A DNA stretch of 64,000 bases, from NCBI GenBank assembly GCA_963749195.1, contig CAVVLX010000006.1:862722-926721 (forward strand), in the 5' to 3' direction. This document shows positions 10,292 through 19,149 of the stretch, piece by piece. The notes under the pieces were generated by a model that had not been told where the DNA came from, made no database searches, and saw nothing but the letters and a program-made list of their open reading frames with translations. How positions within the stretch are numbered: the stretch's first letter is position 1; each line of letters starts with the position of its first letter. Source of the DNA: an uncultured Thermoplasmata archaeon (GTDB lineage Archaea > Thermoplasmatota > Thermoplasmata > Lutacidiplasmatales > UBA184). Made by a program: the position numbers and the translations under genes.

Positions 10292-10855
10292 TCAGAGGCC
10301 CCCCGAGGCGGCGAGAGCGGTGGAGTGGTCCCGACCCAGTTCGGCCAGCAGGGCTTCGGTCTCTTCCACGAGCTTTGGGACCCGACGTCGGAGGCGACCG
10401 CTCAACCGCCGGATCTCGCGTTTCGGGATCGGAATCGAGGTCCGTAACGCTTCGAGTCGAAGCGCGGTTCGATACGTTTGGTCGATCTCGTCGTTGAGAT
10501 GCTTGATCGTCCCGGCTTCGTCAATCTCCTCGTCGCCAAACAGGCGAGCGGTGAACGTGTGCACTTGACTGGCATGGCGTCCCGTCCGGCTGAACACCGC
10601 TGAATCCAGTCGGTAGCTCAGATAGGCGAGTCCCATGGACGACCTCTCTTGGTTGAGAGCCGAGTAGACACGCGAGTAGGCATCACCGTCCGGATCGGGA
10701 CGGCTTCGCACCGGCCGCATCACCGGAGGCTGGTGACGGGGATACCAGAAAATCCATCCGATAACGACCCCGATCAGAATGATCGCTGAAACGAAGTAGG
10801 CGCCGGGCGCCGAGAGAAGATTCCCGACGTCCGAGAGGAGAGAAGCGTACGGCAC
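10292..10855 (-). CDS. Hypothetical single-pass membrane protein with helical C-terminal domain
   Basis: ORF 10292-10972. The long form overlaps the upstream gene by 112 nt. GTG 10855 lies 6 nt after the upstream stop and follows GAGGAGG. TM segment YFVSAIILIGVVIGWIFWY. No known motif. Confidence 0.6.
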   Translation of the reverse strand: MPYASLLSDVGNLLSAPGAYFVSAIILIGVVIGWIFWYPRHQPPVMRPVRSRPDPDGDAYSRVYSALNQERSSMGLAYLSYRLDSAVFSRTGRHASQVHTFTARLFGDEEIDEAGTIKHLNDEIDQTYRTALRLEALRTSIPIPKREIRRLSGRLRRRVPKLVEETEALLAELGRDHSTALAASGGL

Positions 10856-10860
10856 GAGGG

Positions 10861-11367
10861 CTAGTCCGCCTCCTCTTCCGCTTCCCAGCCGGAGCCATCT
10901 CCGGCAGTTCCCGGCGATTGACCCTCGGCCGAGGGATCCTGAGGCGCGAGATGGCCCAGGTAGAGTCCCCACATCGGTCGATACGCGTAGATCGATTGGA
11001 GGATCGCGACGGGATCCCCTCGGAGCGGCGTCCCGGGCGGACCGAAGCGGACGGGCTCATACACGGCGTAGAACCGTCGCACGACGTCGCGAAGCTCCCC
11101 GGGGACATACGATCCGGTGACCGACAGCGTCATCGTGCCCACTGCCCCCCAACGAGTGACGATCTCCCGGTCGGTCCAACCCGCCGGGATCGAGAGGCCG
11201 AAGGCGCGTTCCATATCTCGGACGACCGCCCGAAACGCGAGACTCAGGGCCGTCGGAGTGTCTCCTGTCGCCAACTGATTCTTCAACATGGTGATCGTGG
11301 GAATCTCGACGGAGCGAATCGTCTGCACCACCACAGGCTCCGCCTTCTTCCGTTGAAACAACGTCAT
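10861..11367 (-). CDS. DUF4129-like protein (soluble, acidic C-terminal tail)
   Basis: GWTDREIVTRW...ELRDVVRRFYAVYEPVRFGP resembles the DUF4129 pattern (T-x-x-E ... Y-E-x-x-R-F/Y-G) usually found at the C-terminus of MoxR/DUF58-associated transglutaminase-like proteins. The assignment needs an HMM check. Confidence 0.55.
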   Translation of the reverse strand: MTLFQRKKAEPVVVQTIRSVEIPTITMLKNQLATGDTPTALSLAFRAVVRDMERAFGLSIPAGWTDREIVTRWGAVGTMTLSVTGSYVPGELRDVVRRFYAVYEPVRFGPPGTPLRGDPVAILQSIYAYRPMWGLYLGHLAPQDPSAEGQSPGTAGDGSGWEAEEEAD

Positions 11368-11449
11368 CGGCCAGCAATCCCTCCGTCTGGTTGAGAAGCA
11401 CCTGCGGAGCTATAACTCCATTTTTACGCTCCGGCAGCAACTCCCGCGG

Positions 11450-14400
11450 CTACGGAGAGGGCGGTCGACCCTTCGAGTTCACCGATTGGGGAGCAAGGGC
11501 CGAGGCACGATCCGGATCTCGCATCCAGACGAGGTAGGCGAGCGCCGCCAGTAGAATCACGACCGGAACTGCGAGGAAGAACCCGACGGCTGTCGCGCTG
11601 TGAGGAAGCAGGATGAGGTTCCACGCTGATTGGCTGCCCCCCGGAGTCGATCCCCCGCCCCCGGGGCTCTGGCCGCGCTCCGGGGTCAGGTACACCTCGA
11701 CCGCCACGTGCGTCACTCCGAAGGGCACGATGAGTGCCGAAGTATTGGTGAGGTAGCCGGTCGCGGACCCGTACAATTCGAAGCGGGCCGGATAGACGTT
11801 CAACGTCAAATTCGCCCAACCGGAGTCGTTCGAGAATGCTTCGGCTATCTCCACGCCCTGGAACTCGAGCACGGCCAAACCTCCGTCAATCGAAAGGTGA
11901 GTGCGGTCGTCGACGAGTTGGACGTCCACGGGGGTCAGATTTGCATTGCGAAGCGTTAGGTTGACCGACTCCGGTGAATAGTCTCCTAGTGTGAAATTGG
12001 TAGAATTCTGTAGATAGCCGTAGGCGACCGCGGTGACGAGGTACAGATACGATCCAACGGGGAGAACAAACACCGCCGATCCATCGCTGGAAGTGTCTTC
12101 GGAATAGGAACCGGTGGGGCCCGAGACATTCACCATTGCGGTAGCGATCGGGAAGCTCCCGAGACTCGAGACATTGACGAACAGCACGATCTGAGTGGGA
12201 GGAGGCAGGATTTGCAGCGTCAGATTGGCGTACGCGAGGACTCCCTGCGTAAGATTGACCATGACGGAATCGGATTGATACCCCGTCTTCGAGGCGGTGA
12301 CAATGCCCGTTCCATCTCCGACGGGAATGGTCGAAAACAGCGTCATCCCGGTTGCGTTGGTCAATTGCCCCGCGGTAACATTCACGTAGGCGATGGCGAC
12401 GTCGACGGTCGCGTTGTCGATATTGTCGTTTGGCCCTCCCATCACGTGGGCGAGCACCTTCGTGGTCGGGCCCGACCCGTTGGACCCCTCGGAGATGTTG
12501 ACCCACGCCTCCCCGGTCAGACCCGGTGGAAGAGAAACCATCACGGAGGAGCTCCCGTAAATTCCGGCCGTGGCACTCACGTTGAGGAGTCCCGCTGGCT
12601 CGTGGGAAAGCGCGACCACTCCGAGATAATTCGTGACCCCCGCCGCCCCTGGCACCGAGACCGCGACGCCATCGCCGAAAGAAACGAAGGAGGGCGGCGC
12701 CACCGCCTCCACGACCACATTCAGCGTGCTCGTGTGGGAAAGCCACCATCCGGAAGTCGGATCGGACGCGAGGTTCCCGCTCCCCCCGATCGCAAACATG
12801 GTGTCGTTCATCGGCTCATCCGAAATGGCGGCCGGATCGTCAAATCCATAACCGGGCCCACTCGCGCTCTGCTGAATCCATTCGCCACCGCTGGGGCTAG
12901 AAAGGTTGAGTTCCCACGTATCCGGATAGACGGTACCGGACGCGCCAGAGGTTGGATCCAGACCTCCGTGGAGCAGGAATCGGTTCGAACCCAGGTCGTA
13001 CAGGAAGTCGGGGGCTTCTCGGGGAGACGGTTGCGATCCTGCCACGCTCACGGCGGACCAGGACGCCGCTCCGGGCCGATAGGTGTACAGCGACGAGCTC
13101 GGTCGGCCTCCATCGATCGGTCCGCCTCCGAAGAGTACGAAGGACCCCACAGCGAGGTCCCAGGCGAGCGCCGCCCCGCCCACCGCTTCGGGGAGCGTAA
13201 CGGGCAATCGCGTCCAATTGTAGGTCGTGAGATTGATCTCCCAGACATCCTGGAACGTGATCGGGCCCGACCCCTGGTAGTCCGGATTCCAACCCCCTGC
13301 GAGGAGCCCGACATCGAGCGTCGGGTCAATAGCAAACGCCGCGTCCTCGCGGGCCGGGGGAGCGACCGCGTGGGTAACGTTGATCCAGGCAGCCCCCTCG
13401 TTCCCCGAGGCGGCTTGAGTGAAATTGAGGGTCCAAGTAGAGGAATCGAGCGTCGGAGTGGACGCGTTGATCAACCCGCCGAACAGGACTCCGGTATCGG
13501 TCGTCGTATCCGTCGCGAACGAGAAATTGTCGCGTGGACTGGGTGCGGGATAGGGTACGCCTAATCCATCGGCCCAACATTTCCACGTCCCGGCATTTCG
13601 AGCCAGAACGCAGCTCGAGTTTTCGAGCGTCGAACCGAATTCTCCACCGAAGAGGACTCCCGTCGAACCATTCGCGTCGAAGGCGAACCCCGCCCCAAAC
13701 GTCGCGACGTCGGATCCGTTGGTGACGGATGGATGGGGAACGAGTGGGCTGGAGCTCCAGCCATAGTCTACCGCCGACAGCGGCAGTTCGTCCGGATTCT
13801 CTGTCGCCGGGAAGAAATAGTAGGCGAGTCCCGTCGTCGACGAGTAAACTTGGACCGCGAAGCCGCCCTCGCAGAACGCCGCCGAGGCCGTGGGCTGGTG
13901 CGTCGCGAAATCGAACGGGACGGAGTACGAAAGAGCCGTGACCTTTCCCGAACCCACGTCGAAAGACGCCAGCCAAAAGCGCTTCGAATCAGAAAGACCC
14001 AGCACGGGACCGCTGGGACCCGCGACCACGAACGATGCCGTCGCGGGCAAGGGGAAAGCCACGAGGGTCGACGGAGATTGCAGCGAGATCTCGAAGAGGG
14101 TTTTTTGGGAGCCGCTCAACAGGAAATAATCGCCATTCGATGCCACCGCCCCGTTGGGGAAGCGGGTCGGAGAGGTCGAGAGCGAGACGTTGGTAAGCGA
14201 CGGAACAGGGACGATAGGAATCGCGGAACAGGCTCCGGATAGTGGACCCACCAGGTCGACCGACGAGGAGCCGGCCACGAGAAAGATTCCTTCGGTCCCC
14301 CCCAGGATAGTTGGGGGGATCGTGGCGCCAAAAAGGTCGGCCAAGCTGCAGACTTGGGGAACGACCGTGCCCGTGAGCAAGGTCACGTTGTTTCCGATAC

Positions 14401-15007
14401 CGCTGCCATTCTCTTCCGCGATCGCAATGGTTCCTGCCGAAACGGCCCCGGACGTCAGGCTCACACCCGAGCCAAAGGGCTGCCACGCCGCCGGTAGGGC
14501 GGGGGCATAGTCCAGGAAACCGCCGGTCGATGGGGTGTACTCCTCAAGAATTGGCGTCCCCCCCCCGGGGAGGTAGCTGCTCCCAAAGATCAAGGCGCTC
14601 GAGCCTGCGGATACGGTGCCGTCCAGGTCCCCATCCCAGTTGTATGGGAGCATACGTTGCAGCCCGTCGCTCGCATTCAATGTTTGAAAAATCTGGCTCC
14701 CCGTGTAAACGGCGTACTCCTGCACTCCGCTCGTGCTCCCGAGGCCGCTCGGCGGACTGGCCCGGGTGAACCCGGTAGTGATATTGATCGGGATCAGGGA
14801 AGTACTCGGGGGAGGCGGGGGCAGTCCCGGGGAGGATCCCGCCCCCGTGAAGCCCGATGGCGAGAGATGGATCAGAGAGGCGATCGGACCGGAAGTTCCC
14901 CCGGGAATCATGAGCTGGAGCGCAACGATCAACACCAATATCGAAACAGCCGCTCCGCTACGAAGCGCTGCATTAGGTCCGACGGCTGGACCTCGCCGCG
15001 ATAGCAT
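11450..15007 (-). CDS. Large surface (S-layer-like) glycoprotein: signal/anchor, six Kelch-like propeller blades, three CarboxypepD_reg-like beta-sandwich domains, Gly/Ser/Thr stalk, C-terminal TM anchor
   Basis: 1185-aa ORF. N-terminal hydrophobic segment AAVSILVLIVALQLMIPGG. Repeats GVLFGGEFG / GVLFGGLIN / VGLLAGGWNP / FVLFGGGPIDGG / RFLLHGGLDP / MFAIGGSGN. About 33 N-x-S/T sequons by my count. GGGGSTPGGSQS linker, then AVGFFLAVPVVILLAALAYLVWMRD. Confidence 0.85.
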   Translation of the reverse strand: MLSRRGPAVGPNAALRSGAAVSILVLIVALQLMIPGGTSGPIASLIHLSPSGFTGAGSSPGLPPPPPSTSLIPINITTGFTRASPPSGLGSTSGVQEYAVYTGSQIFQTLNASDGLQRMLPYNWDGDLDGTVSAGSSALIFGSSYLPGGGTPILEEYTPSTGGFLDYAPALPAAWQPFGSGVSLTSGAVSAGTIAIAEENGSGIGNNVTLLTGTVVPQVCSLADLFGATIPPTILGGTEGIFLVAGSSSVDLVGPLSGACSAIPIVPVPSLTNVSLSTSPTRFPNGAVASNGDYFLLSGSQKTLFEISLQSPSTLVAFPLPATASFVVAGPSGPVLGLSDSKRFWLASFDVGSGKVTALSYSVPFDFATHQPTASAAFCEGGFAVQVYSSTTGLAYYFFPATENPDELPLSAVDYGWSSSPLVPHPSVTNGSDVATFGAGFAFDANGSTGVLFGGEFGSTLENSSCVLARNAGTWKCWADGLGVPYPAPSPRDNFSFATDTTTDTGVLFGGLINASTPTLDSSTWTLNFTQAASGNEGAAWINVTHAVAPPAREDAAFAIDPTLDVGLLAGGWNPDYQGSGPITFQDVWEINLTTYNWTRLPVTLPEAVGGAALAWDLAVGSFVLFGGGPIDGGRPSSSLYTYRPGAASWSAVSVAGSQPSPREAPDFLYDLGSNRFLLHGGLDPTSGASGTVYPDTWELNLSSPSGGEWIQQSASGPGYGFDDPAAISDEPMNDTMFAIGGSGNLASDPTSGWWLSHTSTLNVVVEAVAPPSFVSFGDGVAVSVPGAAGVTNYLGVVALSHEPAGLLNVSATAGIYGSSSVMVSLPPGLTGEAWVNISEGSNGSGPTTKVLAHVMGGPNDNIDNATVDVAIAYVNVTAGQLTNATGMTLFSTIPVGDGTGIVTASKTGYQSDSVMVNLTQGVLAYANLTLQILPPPTQIVLFVNVSSLGSFPIATAMVNVSGPTGSYSEDTSSDGSAVFVLPVGSYLYLVTAVAYGYLQNSTNFTLGDYSPESVNLTLRNANLTPVDVQLVDDRTHLSIDGGLAVLEFQGVEIAEAFSNDSGWANLTLNVYPARFELYGSATGYLTNTSALIVPFGVTHVAVEVYLTPERGQSPGGGGSTPGGSQSAWNLILLPHSATAVGFFLAVPVVILLAALAYLVWMRDPDRASALAPQSVNSKGRPPSP

Positions 15008-15174
15008 TGCTCTCCGCTCGGTACCCGGAAGTACGCTTGGGTCGTCTCATTACCCTTCCGGCGCCTCGAAATCCCACTCCCACTGCATATACCCTAGGCG
15101 AGGGAGGGGAGGACCGTGGGCCTCTTTGATTTCAAGTTCAATCCGAACCGAGCGCCGCTCGCCCCCGTCGACGT

Positions 15175-16191
15175 TTACCCCTTGGCGGGCTTCGAAAGGC
15201 GGAGCGCCATCGTGAGCGTCGTGAGCCTCCGCTGGAATCCAATCTCCTCGAGGGCGGCGACCGCGGATCGCGCGGGATCGGGGACCGCCGCCACCACGGA
15301 CGTGCTGCCCTCTGACCGCATCCAGGCAACTCCTTCGGTGACTAAGTCGAGCAGACGTTCTCGCGGGGCTAGTGGATCCACGGCGGGGAGAAACAAGATC
15401 CCCGGAGACGGCGGCGGTCTCCAATAGCCCCTCAGATACGCATGGGTCCCTCCCGGAGGACCAACGGCCCACGCTCGCCGTTTCACCCCCCGCATTTGGG
15501 CGATCACCTCGAGATGGGTCAGTGTACCCGGAGTGGGTGGAACGATCGAGGAAAACGGAGTCGGAATTCGAGCACGGCACCATTCGGCCGCCGCCTTCGC
15601 TTCGGAACGACCGACCAGTCGACTCTCGCTGGGACGCACGGAATGACTCGCGATTTGGGCGAGGTCGTCCCCCCGCAGCCATTCCGTCGTCTGAATCGAT
15701 TCATACCCACGGTGCTGATACAGCTCGATCGCCGGACGGTTCTCCCCTTCCACGTCTAACACGGCCCATGCCTTCCCTCGCGCGCGGGCGACCTCCTCCG
15801 CCCGATCCATCAGCTGCGAGCCGACCTTGCGCCGACGGTGCGTCGTTCGGACCCCGACGCCCGCGACATATCCGTAGGATTTTCGAAAACCGAGTATGGT
15901 CGTCCCCACGCGCTCCGCTCCGTCGGTAGCTACGAAGAAGTCGGCGAGAGGCCGCCCCATGGTTCGCATGAGTCGGAGCAAGAACCAGGTCCCGGGTCGA
16001 AAGAGGAACTCCATCGAGTTAGGCCCGGTATCATCCATCGCGAGCAGGTGTTCAAACGGGCCGGTGCTCTGGGAAAGGATCTCGACGAAGGCGGGCCCAT
16101 CCGACCGCCGCAGCTCCCGAATGCCGATCGTCCCCGGAGCCCGAGCCTCGGTGGCAGAATTGTGGGACTTCTCCGGCGCTATTGAATTCAT
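15175..16191 (-). CDS. GNAT-family N-acetyltransferase (two tandem GNAT-like halves)
   Basis: Acetyl-CoA binding motif VGVRTTHRRRKVGSQLMDRAEEVARARG followed by NRPAIELYQHRGY. A second, degenerate GNAT-like half ends in AVAALEEIGFQ. Confidence 0.8.
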   Translation of the reverse strand: MNSIAPEKSHNSATEARAPGTIGIRELRRSDGPAFVEILSQSTGPFEHLLAMDDTGPNSMEFLFRPGTWFLLRLMRTMGRPLADFFVATDGAERVGTTILGFRKSYGYVAGVGVRTTHRRRKVGSQLMDRAEEVARARGKAWAVLDVEGENRPAIELYQHRGYESIQTTEWLRGDDLAQIASHSVRPSESRLVGRSEAKAAAEWCRARIPTPFSSIVPPTPGTLTHLEVIAQMRGVKRRAWAVGPPGGTHAYLRGYWRPPPSPGILFLPAVDPLAPRERLLDLVTEGVAWMRSEGSTSVVAAVPDPARSAVAALEEIGFQRRLTTLTMALRLSKPAKG

Positions 16192-16359
16192 CGTGGTTCG
16201 ACAGAAGACTCACGGAGAATTCACTTTGGGTCGAATCCGAGCCTTCGTCAAATGCGGGCGGATGGCATCGGCCCGATTGGTGGGGGGACGTCCAGTGCAC
16301 ACTAGAGCGCCCAACGTGTCGAGATGATTCGCTGAAACGTCGCCGAAAGAGCCGGCCGC

Positions 16360-19149
16360 TTAGGTCGATCGTCGTGACGATCGTCCATATAACAAGGCAA
16401 ACGGAAGAGTTTCGAACAACGAGGGCACGGAGAGGTAACGTGATGCCTGCCCGCTCGCGATGAGAGCCGACCGCGAGACCAAGCCGTCCTGCCAAACCGT
16501 GGGCGCCTCATCGGGGAGAACGATCCTCGAGCCCTTCCAGATGGCCCCGCTCGGCGGCGCGAGCTCCGAAACGTTTCGACTGCCCAAACCTCTCCCGATC
16601 GCTACAAGTACCCATTCTGATCCCGCGACGCGGGCGAACGACAAGACCCCGAAGTTTTGGCCACGTTGCTTCCGCAAAGGGGTGTACGCCCCTTCGGTCA
16701 GGAGCTGAAGATGTTCCTTTCGGAAGTGAAGGGAACGCTGAGTGACGTACAGTTTGAGATTCCCGGTCCACCAATAGCGAACGAGACCCCGAATTTTGGA
16801 CCCAGACCATGGACCCGCGGCCGAGGAGACTCGCTCCAACGATCGTTCAAGCCCGGGGAAGTCCACGAGACGCCGGTTGTCGGGGTCGACGAAATGCAAC
16901 GCCGATCGTTCAGATCCCTGATACACGTCGGGGATTCCGGGTACGGTTGCCTTCAGCACGGTGGTTGCGAGCGAGTTCCAGAAACCTAAGTAGGCAATCG
17001 TTCGGCACCACTGATCGAGTTCGTGTCGCAATTCGCTCGGGCTCTGCGTCGTGAGCAGCCAGGTGGCAAGACGGGACACGGCGGCCTCGTACGCGAGGTT
17101 TGGGTGGCGCCAATTCGTCCGTACCTTCGCTTCACGGACGGCCTTGATCGCGTAGGCTCGAAAGCGGTCGGCGAACGTTGCCGCATCCCGCGCGTCGACC
17201 GGACGAACACTCAGGAGTGCCTGGAGCAGTAGGTAGGTATCGGCACGACTCACTCGAGGTTCGTCGGGGCCGGAGCGGGTTCGCTCCTCGATCCAACGGA
17301 ACCAAGTCGGAATGCGCTGGTTCCACTCCTTCGCTCGCTCCGTGAGGGCGGCTAACCGGGCCCGTGCGTCTTCTCCCCATTTCGAATCGTGAGTCGTGGT
17401 CGCGGTGAGCGATCGCGGAGCCGCGGACTGCCGAGCGATCATGAACTCGTGGAACTCAGCGACGGAAGTCCCGTAGTGAGCCGGGTCCGCTCCCACCTCG
17501 TTCAGCGCAAGATAGGGCACGTATCGGTAGAGGGCCGTGTCCTCGATGCCCTTGGCGGCGACCGCAGGAGCCCACTGCTGCCACGGCCCCTGAATACGAA
17601 GTCGCGCTCCGCGCTCGATGGATAACTCCCTTGGGGGTTCGTCGCTTTCGATCCCTCGTCGAATCCGTCGGAGTAGGTGCTTCCGAACGTTCGAATCGTA
17701 ACGGAATCCACGGCGCTCCGCACGCCGAAGGGCGAGAACATCCGGCGTACGAACGCGGCCGGGGCGGAGATATGTCCGATAAACGGTCAACCCCGCCGTG
17801 AATGTATTGAGGGCGGACCCGACCTGACGGACTTCGACCTGTCCGCGGCGAGGGCGGCCGGGGAGTTCACTAAATCGTCGTGCGAGTCGGCGCGTTTCCG
17901 ATCGAAAGAGTTCCCGCTCAATTTTCCGCTTGGCCCGGAAGCCCACTTCGTCGAAGGTCTGCCGGCTCTGGGTCACCCAACGATAGGTCCCAGCCAGCGA
18001 CTTCGCTCCTCGAGGGTCGAGGAAGACCCCAGTGAGTCGGCTCATCGCATCATAGCCCGTCGTCCCGTTGACGGGCCACTCGGCGGGAAGCGTCTCTGAT
18101 GGTGCGAGGATTTTCTCGACCCAGATGGCCTCGGAAACGTGGCCTCGAGGGCCTCCTGCTCGCAGTGCCCGTCGCAACCGTCGGAGGTACGCCGTGGGGT
18201 CGACGATTCCGTCGATGTGATCGATCCGCAGCCCGTCCAAGTAACCCTGATGCACCCAGCTCAAGATTCGTGCATGGCTCTGGCGAAAGACCCTAGGATC
18301 CTCGACTCGAATTCCAATGAGATGGTTCACGTCGAAGAATCGCCGGTAGTTGACCCGTCCGTCGTCCCAATACGGAACGAGGCGATACACCTGGTCGTTC
18401 AGGAGGTCTCGCGCAAACTTGGAGAGGCGTCCACTCGGCCCCGTCCGCCGGAATTCGTCGAGCACCTCCTGAACGACCTTTCGCCGCTCGGGCGGGGCGG
18501 ACATTCCCGTAAGAATCGATCGACGGAAATCTTGCCCCCGCCTTGGTGGGCTGAAGCTCGACGATTTACTCTCGGAGCCGCCCTGGCATCGAAGGCGTAC
18601 TCGTTCGACAAATCGATGCGTACCTCGAGCTCCCACGGGGTAGCGCAACCCCTCGACGTCGAAGTAGAGAGCGTGGGAACCAAGATGTAGGGCGACTCGC
18701 CCGGTTCGGACCGATTGATCGAGCGGGCGCGAGAGTACCGGAAGGACAACGCGCGACGAGTCTCCGGGGTCCGGAGTCCAATCCACGTCGAACGCTCGCG
18801 CGAATTCCGACCGAGGCCCCCGTTGGAGGACATCTCGCCACCAAGGATTCTCGGGTGTCGCGGCGAGGTGGTTGGGGACGATGTCGAGGATCAGGCGCAT
18901 TCCGCGCCGATGGGCCGCGTGCGCGAGCGCACGGACGCCTTGCTCGCCCCCTCGGGCCGGATCGGCCTGGGTTGGGTCGATGACGTCGTACCCATGAGGG
19001 CTCCCGGGCCGGGCGGCGAGGAGGGGGGATAGGTAGAGGGTATCGATCCCCAGCTTCTCCAAGTACGGAAGCGCTCGAACGGCCGACCGCAGATCGAACT
19101 CGGAACGAATCTGCAATCGGTACGTCGCGACGCTCGGTCGCACCGCCAT
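16360..19149 (-). CDS. treY: Malto-oligosyltrehalose synthase (TreY)
   Basis: N-terminus ATYRLQIRSEFDLRSAVRALPYLEKLGIDTLYLSPLLAARPGSPHGYDVIDP and LILDIVPNHL, GLRIDHIDG, TTTHDSKWGED. 929 aa. Confidence 0.92.
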   Translation of the reverse strand: MAVRPSVATYRLQIRSEFDLRSAVRALPYLEKLGIDTLYLSPLLAARPGSPHGYDVIDPTQADPARGGEQGVRALAHAAHRRGMRLILDIVPNHLAATPENPWWRDVLQRGPRSEFARAFDVDWTPDPGDSSRVVLPVLSRPLDQSVRTGRVALHLGSHALYFDVEGLRYPVGARGTHRFVERVRLRCQGGSESKSSSFSPPRRGQDFRRSILTGMSAPPERRKVVQEVLDEFRRTGPSGRLSKFARDLLNDQVYRLVPYWDDGRVNYRRFFDVNHLIGIRVEDPRVFRQSHARILSWVHQGYLDGLRIDHIDGIVDPTAYLRRLRRALRAGGPRGHVSEAIWVEKILAPSETLPAEWPVNGTTGYDAMSRLTGVFLDPRGAKSLAGTYRWVTQSRQTFDEVGFRAKRKIERELFRSETRRLARRFSELPGRPRRGQVEVRQVGSALNTFTAGLTVYRTYLRPGRVRTPDVLALRRAERRGFRYDSNVRKHLLRRIRRGIESDEPPRELSIERGARLRIQGPWQQWAPAVAAKGIEDTALYRYVPYLALNEVGADPAHYGTSVAEFHEFMIARQSAAPRSLTATTTHDSKWGEDARARLAALTERAKEWNQRIPTWFRWIEERTRSGPDEPRVSRADTYLLLQALLSVRPVDARDAATFADRFRAYAIKAVREAKVRTNWRHPNLAYEAAVSRLATWLLTTQSPSELRHELDQWCRTIAYLGFWNSLATTVLKATVPGIPDVYQGSERSALHFVDPDNRRLVDFPGLERSLERVSSAAGPWSGSKIRGLVRYWWTGNLKLYVTQRSLHFRKEHLQLLTEGAYTPLRKQRGQNFGVLSFARVAGSEWVLVAIGRGLGSRNVSELAPPSGAIWKGSRIVLPDEAPTVWQDGLVSRSALIASGQASRYLSVPSLFETLPFALLYGRSSRRST

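Noticed and set aside
12212-13564. 450-aa plus-strand ORF (and neighbours 11886-12749, 13326-13976, 12897-13292) overlapping the glycoprotein gene
   Set aside because: These are antisense or alternative-frame to a 1185-aa ORF with clear domain repeats. Their products are Arg/Gly/Pro-rich with no motifs, the typical shadow ORFs of high-GC DNA.
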